In this document: positions 36,939-38,398 of the stretch, piece after piece | How positions within the stretch are numbered: the first letter of the stretch is position 1 | Layout of the letters: every line of letters starts with the position of its first letter | Origin: Candidatus Sumerlaeia bacterium | Lineage (GTDB): Bacteria; Sumerlaeota; Sumerlaeia; SLMS01 | Reading direction: 5' to 3' | Length of the DNA stretch: 38,398 bases | Assembly (NCBI GenBank): GCA_038208905.1 | Contig: JBBQYG010000018.1 | Location: 1 to 38,398, forward strand | Notes under the pieces: model-generated | What the model saw: the letters and a program-made list of their open reading frames with translations, nothing else | Databases searched by the model: none | Told to the model about the DNA's origin: nothing | Program-made: the position numbers and the translations under genes

Positions 36939-38054
36939 TTACTTCGCCTTCTGTCTATACACGTCGGCCACGCGGCGGCACATGGCCTCCTGGCTGAATT
37001 CGGCGCGGGCGCGGCGCAGCGCAGCCTCGCCCATGCGGAGTCGGCGGTTGTCGTCGCCCAGCAATTCCGAAATCGCGGCGGAGAGCGCCTCGGGATCGGC
37101 GGGTGGAACGACGCGCCCCGTCACGCCGTCCTGATTTACCCACGGCACGCCAGTCGGCAGATCGCAGCAAACCACCGGCACGCCGCAGGCCATCGCCTCC
37201 ACCTGGGAGAGACCGAACGCCTCGCCCGGCAAATGCGACGGCAGCACGAAAAGGTCGGCGGCGTGGAGGTGCGAGACGACCTTGGCGTCGGGAAGCTCGC
37301 CGAGGAAGTGGACGCTCTCCGCGAGGCCGAACTCCGCGACCAGGCGCTGGAGCTTCTCCTGCTCCGGTCCCACGCCAATCAGCAGCAAGTGCGCGCGCGG
37401 AATCGAGCGCATCGCGGCGACGAGGAACTGAAGTCCCTTGTAGTACCTTAGCCGCCCCACGAAAACGAGCAGTGGAAATCCGCGATAGCGACGCTTGATT
37501 TCCCGCGCGGCGGTGCCGGCCTCGGCGGTGCGCTCGAAGGGGGCGAGAGGCATCCCCAGCGGCACCGGGACACATTTCGATTCGTAGCGCTTGAGGACTT
37601 CCGAATACTCGACCTGCCTTGGCGACGTGGGCATGATGGTGTCGCAGTTTCGCAGGAACGCATGCAGGAACGGGCCGTAGGCGGCCATGGCCCAGCGCTG
37701 GCGAATGACGTCGCTGTGGTACGTCGACACCACGCGCCCACGCGGACGCGTCAGGCACCATGAGACATCGCCCGTTGGATTCGGCAGGTGGAAGTGCCAC
37801 ACGTCGGCCTTGAGGCGCCGGAGCCAGAGCGGAAACGACGGCGAGACGGGCGCGGAGAGGGCGCGCCCCCACTCCCCCACTTCCACGATGCGGACGCCCT
37901 CCCATTCGCGCTCGCGGGTCTGCCGATCGCGAGAGTTCACCAGCACCGTAAACTCAAACTCGCCGCGCAGGCCACCCACCATCCAGTTGATGCAGCGCTC
38001 GATGCCGCCGAGGACCGGGGGCCAGAAGTCTTTGTAGACGTGGACGATTTTCAA
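36939..38054 (-). CDS. GT4-family (group 1) glycosyltransferase
   Basis: GGIE, HFHLPNP, TYHSD, FVGRLRYYKGL, EAFGLSQVEAMACGVPVV. Confidence 0.94.
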   Translation of the reverse strand: MKIVHVYKDFWPPVLGGIERCINWMVGGLRGEFEFTVLVNSRDRQTREREWEGVRIVEVGEWGRALSAPVSPSFPLWLRRLKADVWHFHLPNPTGDVSWCLTRPRGRVVSTYHSDVIRQRWAMAAYGPFLHAFLRNCDTIMPTSPRQVEYSEVLKRYESKCVPVPLGMPLAPFERTAEAGTAAREIKRRYRGFPLLVFVGRLRYYKGLQFLVAAMRSIPRAHLLLIGVGPEQEKLQRLVAEFGLAESVHFLGELPDAKVVSHLHAADLFVLPSHLPGEAFGLSQVEAMACGVPVVCCDLPTGVPWVNQDGVTGRVVPPADPEALSAAISELLGDDNRRLRMGEAALRRARAEFSQEAMCRRVADVYRQKAK

Positions 38055-38058
38055 GGAG

Positions 38059-38320
38059 GGGAATTGGGAATTGGGAATGAAGAACGTCGTTAAGTGCTAG
38101 CCTGTGTTTGACAATTGCATTCGGCTTTCCGGTGGCTGCGAACCTTCGTCCTGACGCGTCGCGATTCCTCAACGACGAACTACATCGCCTCGTCATCGGC
38201 GCCATCGTCATGACTCGTTCTCGCTCAACGGACCAGCTCGAAGCCATTTATCAAAGACAGCCTAGCCGCGGCAAACAGGTGTGCGCGAGCCCATTCCCCG
38301 TTCCCAATTCCCCATTCCCC
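38059..38320. repeat. Inverted GGGAATK heptamer arms flanking the miniature IS
   Basis: GGGAATTGGGAATTGGGAATGA at 38059-38080; CATTCCCCGTTCCCAATTCCCCATTCCCC at 38292-38320. Confidence 0.75.
38097..38265 (+). mobile_element. Miniature internally deleted IS5-family element (MITE-like)
   Basis: CTAG at both ends (38097, 38262); ends match as inverted repeats at 19/25 including CTAG; from 38127 it translates to FRWLRTFVLTRRDSSTTNYIA, then after a frameshift LVIGAIVM, resembling the IS5-family transposase C-terminus (FxWLxxFRRxxTRYDKxxxNYxA...AIV). Confidence 0.75.
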
Positions 38321-38326
38321 GCGAAG

Positions 38327-38398
38327 CTACTCTTCCCTCAGCCCGCAAAACGCCTCGTTCTCCCACTTGAAGTTCAGGTGGTCGATTTCGCGTCTCCA
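38327..38398 (-). CDS. 3' end of a gene extending beyond the window
   Basis: Open frame WRREIDHLNFKWENEAFCGLREE-stop with typical codon usage, followed by the stop-proximal heptamer repeat. Confidence 0.5.
   Translation of the reverse strand, partial: WRREIDHLNFKWENEAFCGLREE

Noticed and set aside
37954-38247. 97-aa minus-strand ORF spanning the miniature IS
   Set aside because: Runs antisense through the IS remnant and repeats and overlaps the glycosyltransferase; no coding support

Overview
GC-rich bacterial chromosomal window with about 31 CDSs and no rRNA, tRNA or CRISPR array seen. The pilin-like protein ending YDATNGTISDGDI and a secreted protein ending SVADWSIFN suggest Candidatus Sumerlaeota (BRC1) or a relative; this is inference from recalled family patterns. 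Housekeeping and metabolic genes: FGGY pentulose kinase (5' truncated), eno, a membrane Ser/Thr kinase coupled to a lipoprotein, an orphan pstB, class II DAHP synthase, a treS/otsA/otsB trehalose cluster, nhaC, DUF167-PNP-ileS-dksA, a DUF4349 lipoprotein and a GT4 glycosyltransferase. The best candidate for a new system is a tightly coupled four-gene operon (19523-24788) whose products all carry export signals: lipoprotein cyanophycinase, tandem-domain+TPR protein, Cys-less FGE-fold lipoprotein and lipoprotein isoaspartyl peptidase. It looks like an envelope cyanophycin-scavenging system with two uncharacterised components. Divergently transcribed from it are two TRL-like lipoproteins, an M14 carboxypeptidase and a YfcC transporter with a LysM-like insert. 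Other oddities: a DksA/TraR protein with a histone-H1-like N-terminus and altered Cys pattern, a candidate C-terminal sorting motif, and several families of intergenic 7- and 9-bp periodic repeats that follow stop codons and form inverted pairs. One pair encloses a REPIN-like element and another a 161-bp IS5-derived miniature element. Assignments come from motif recognition only; no searches were run.
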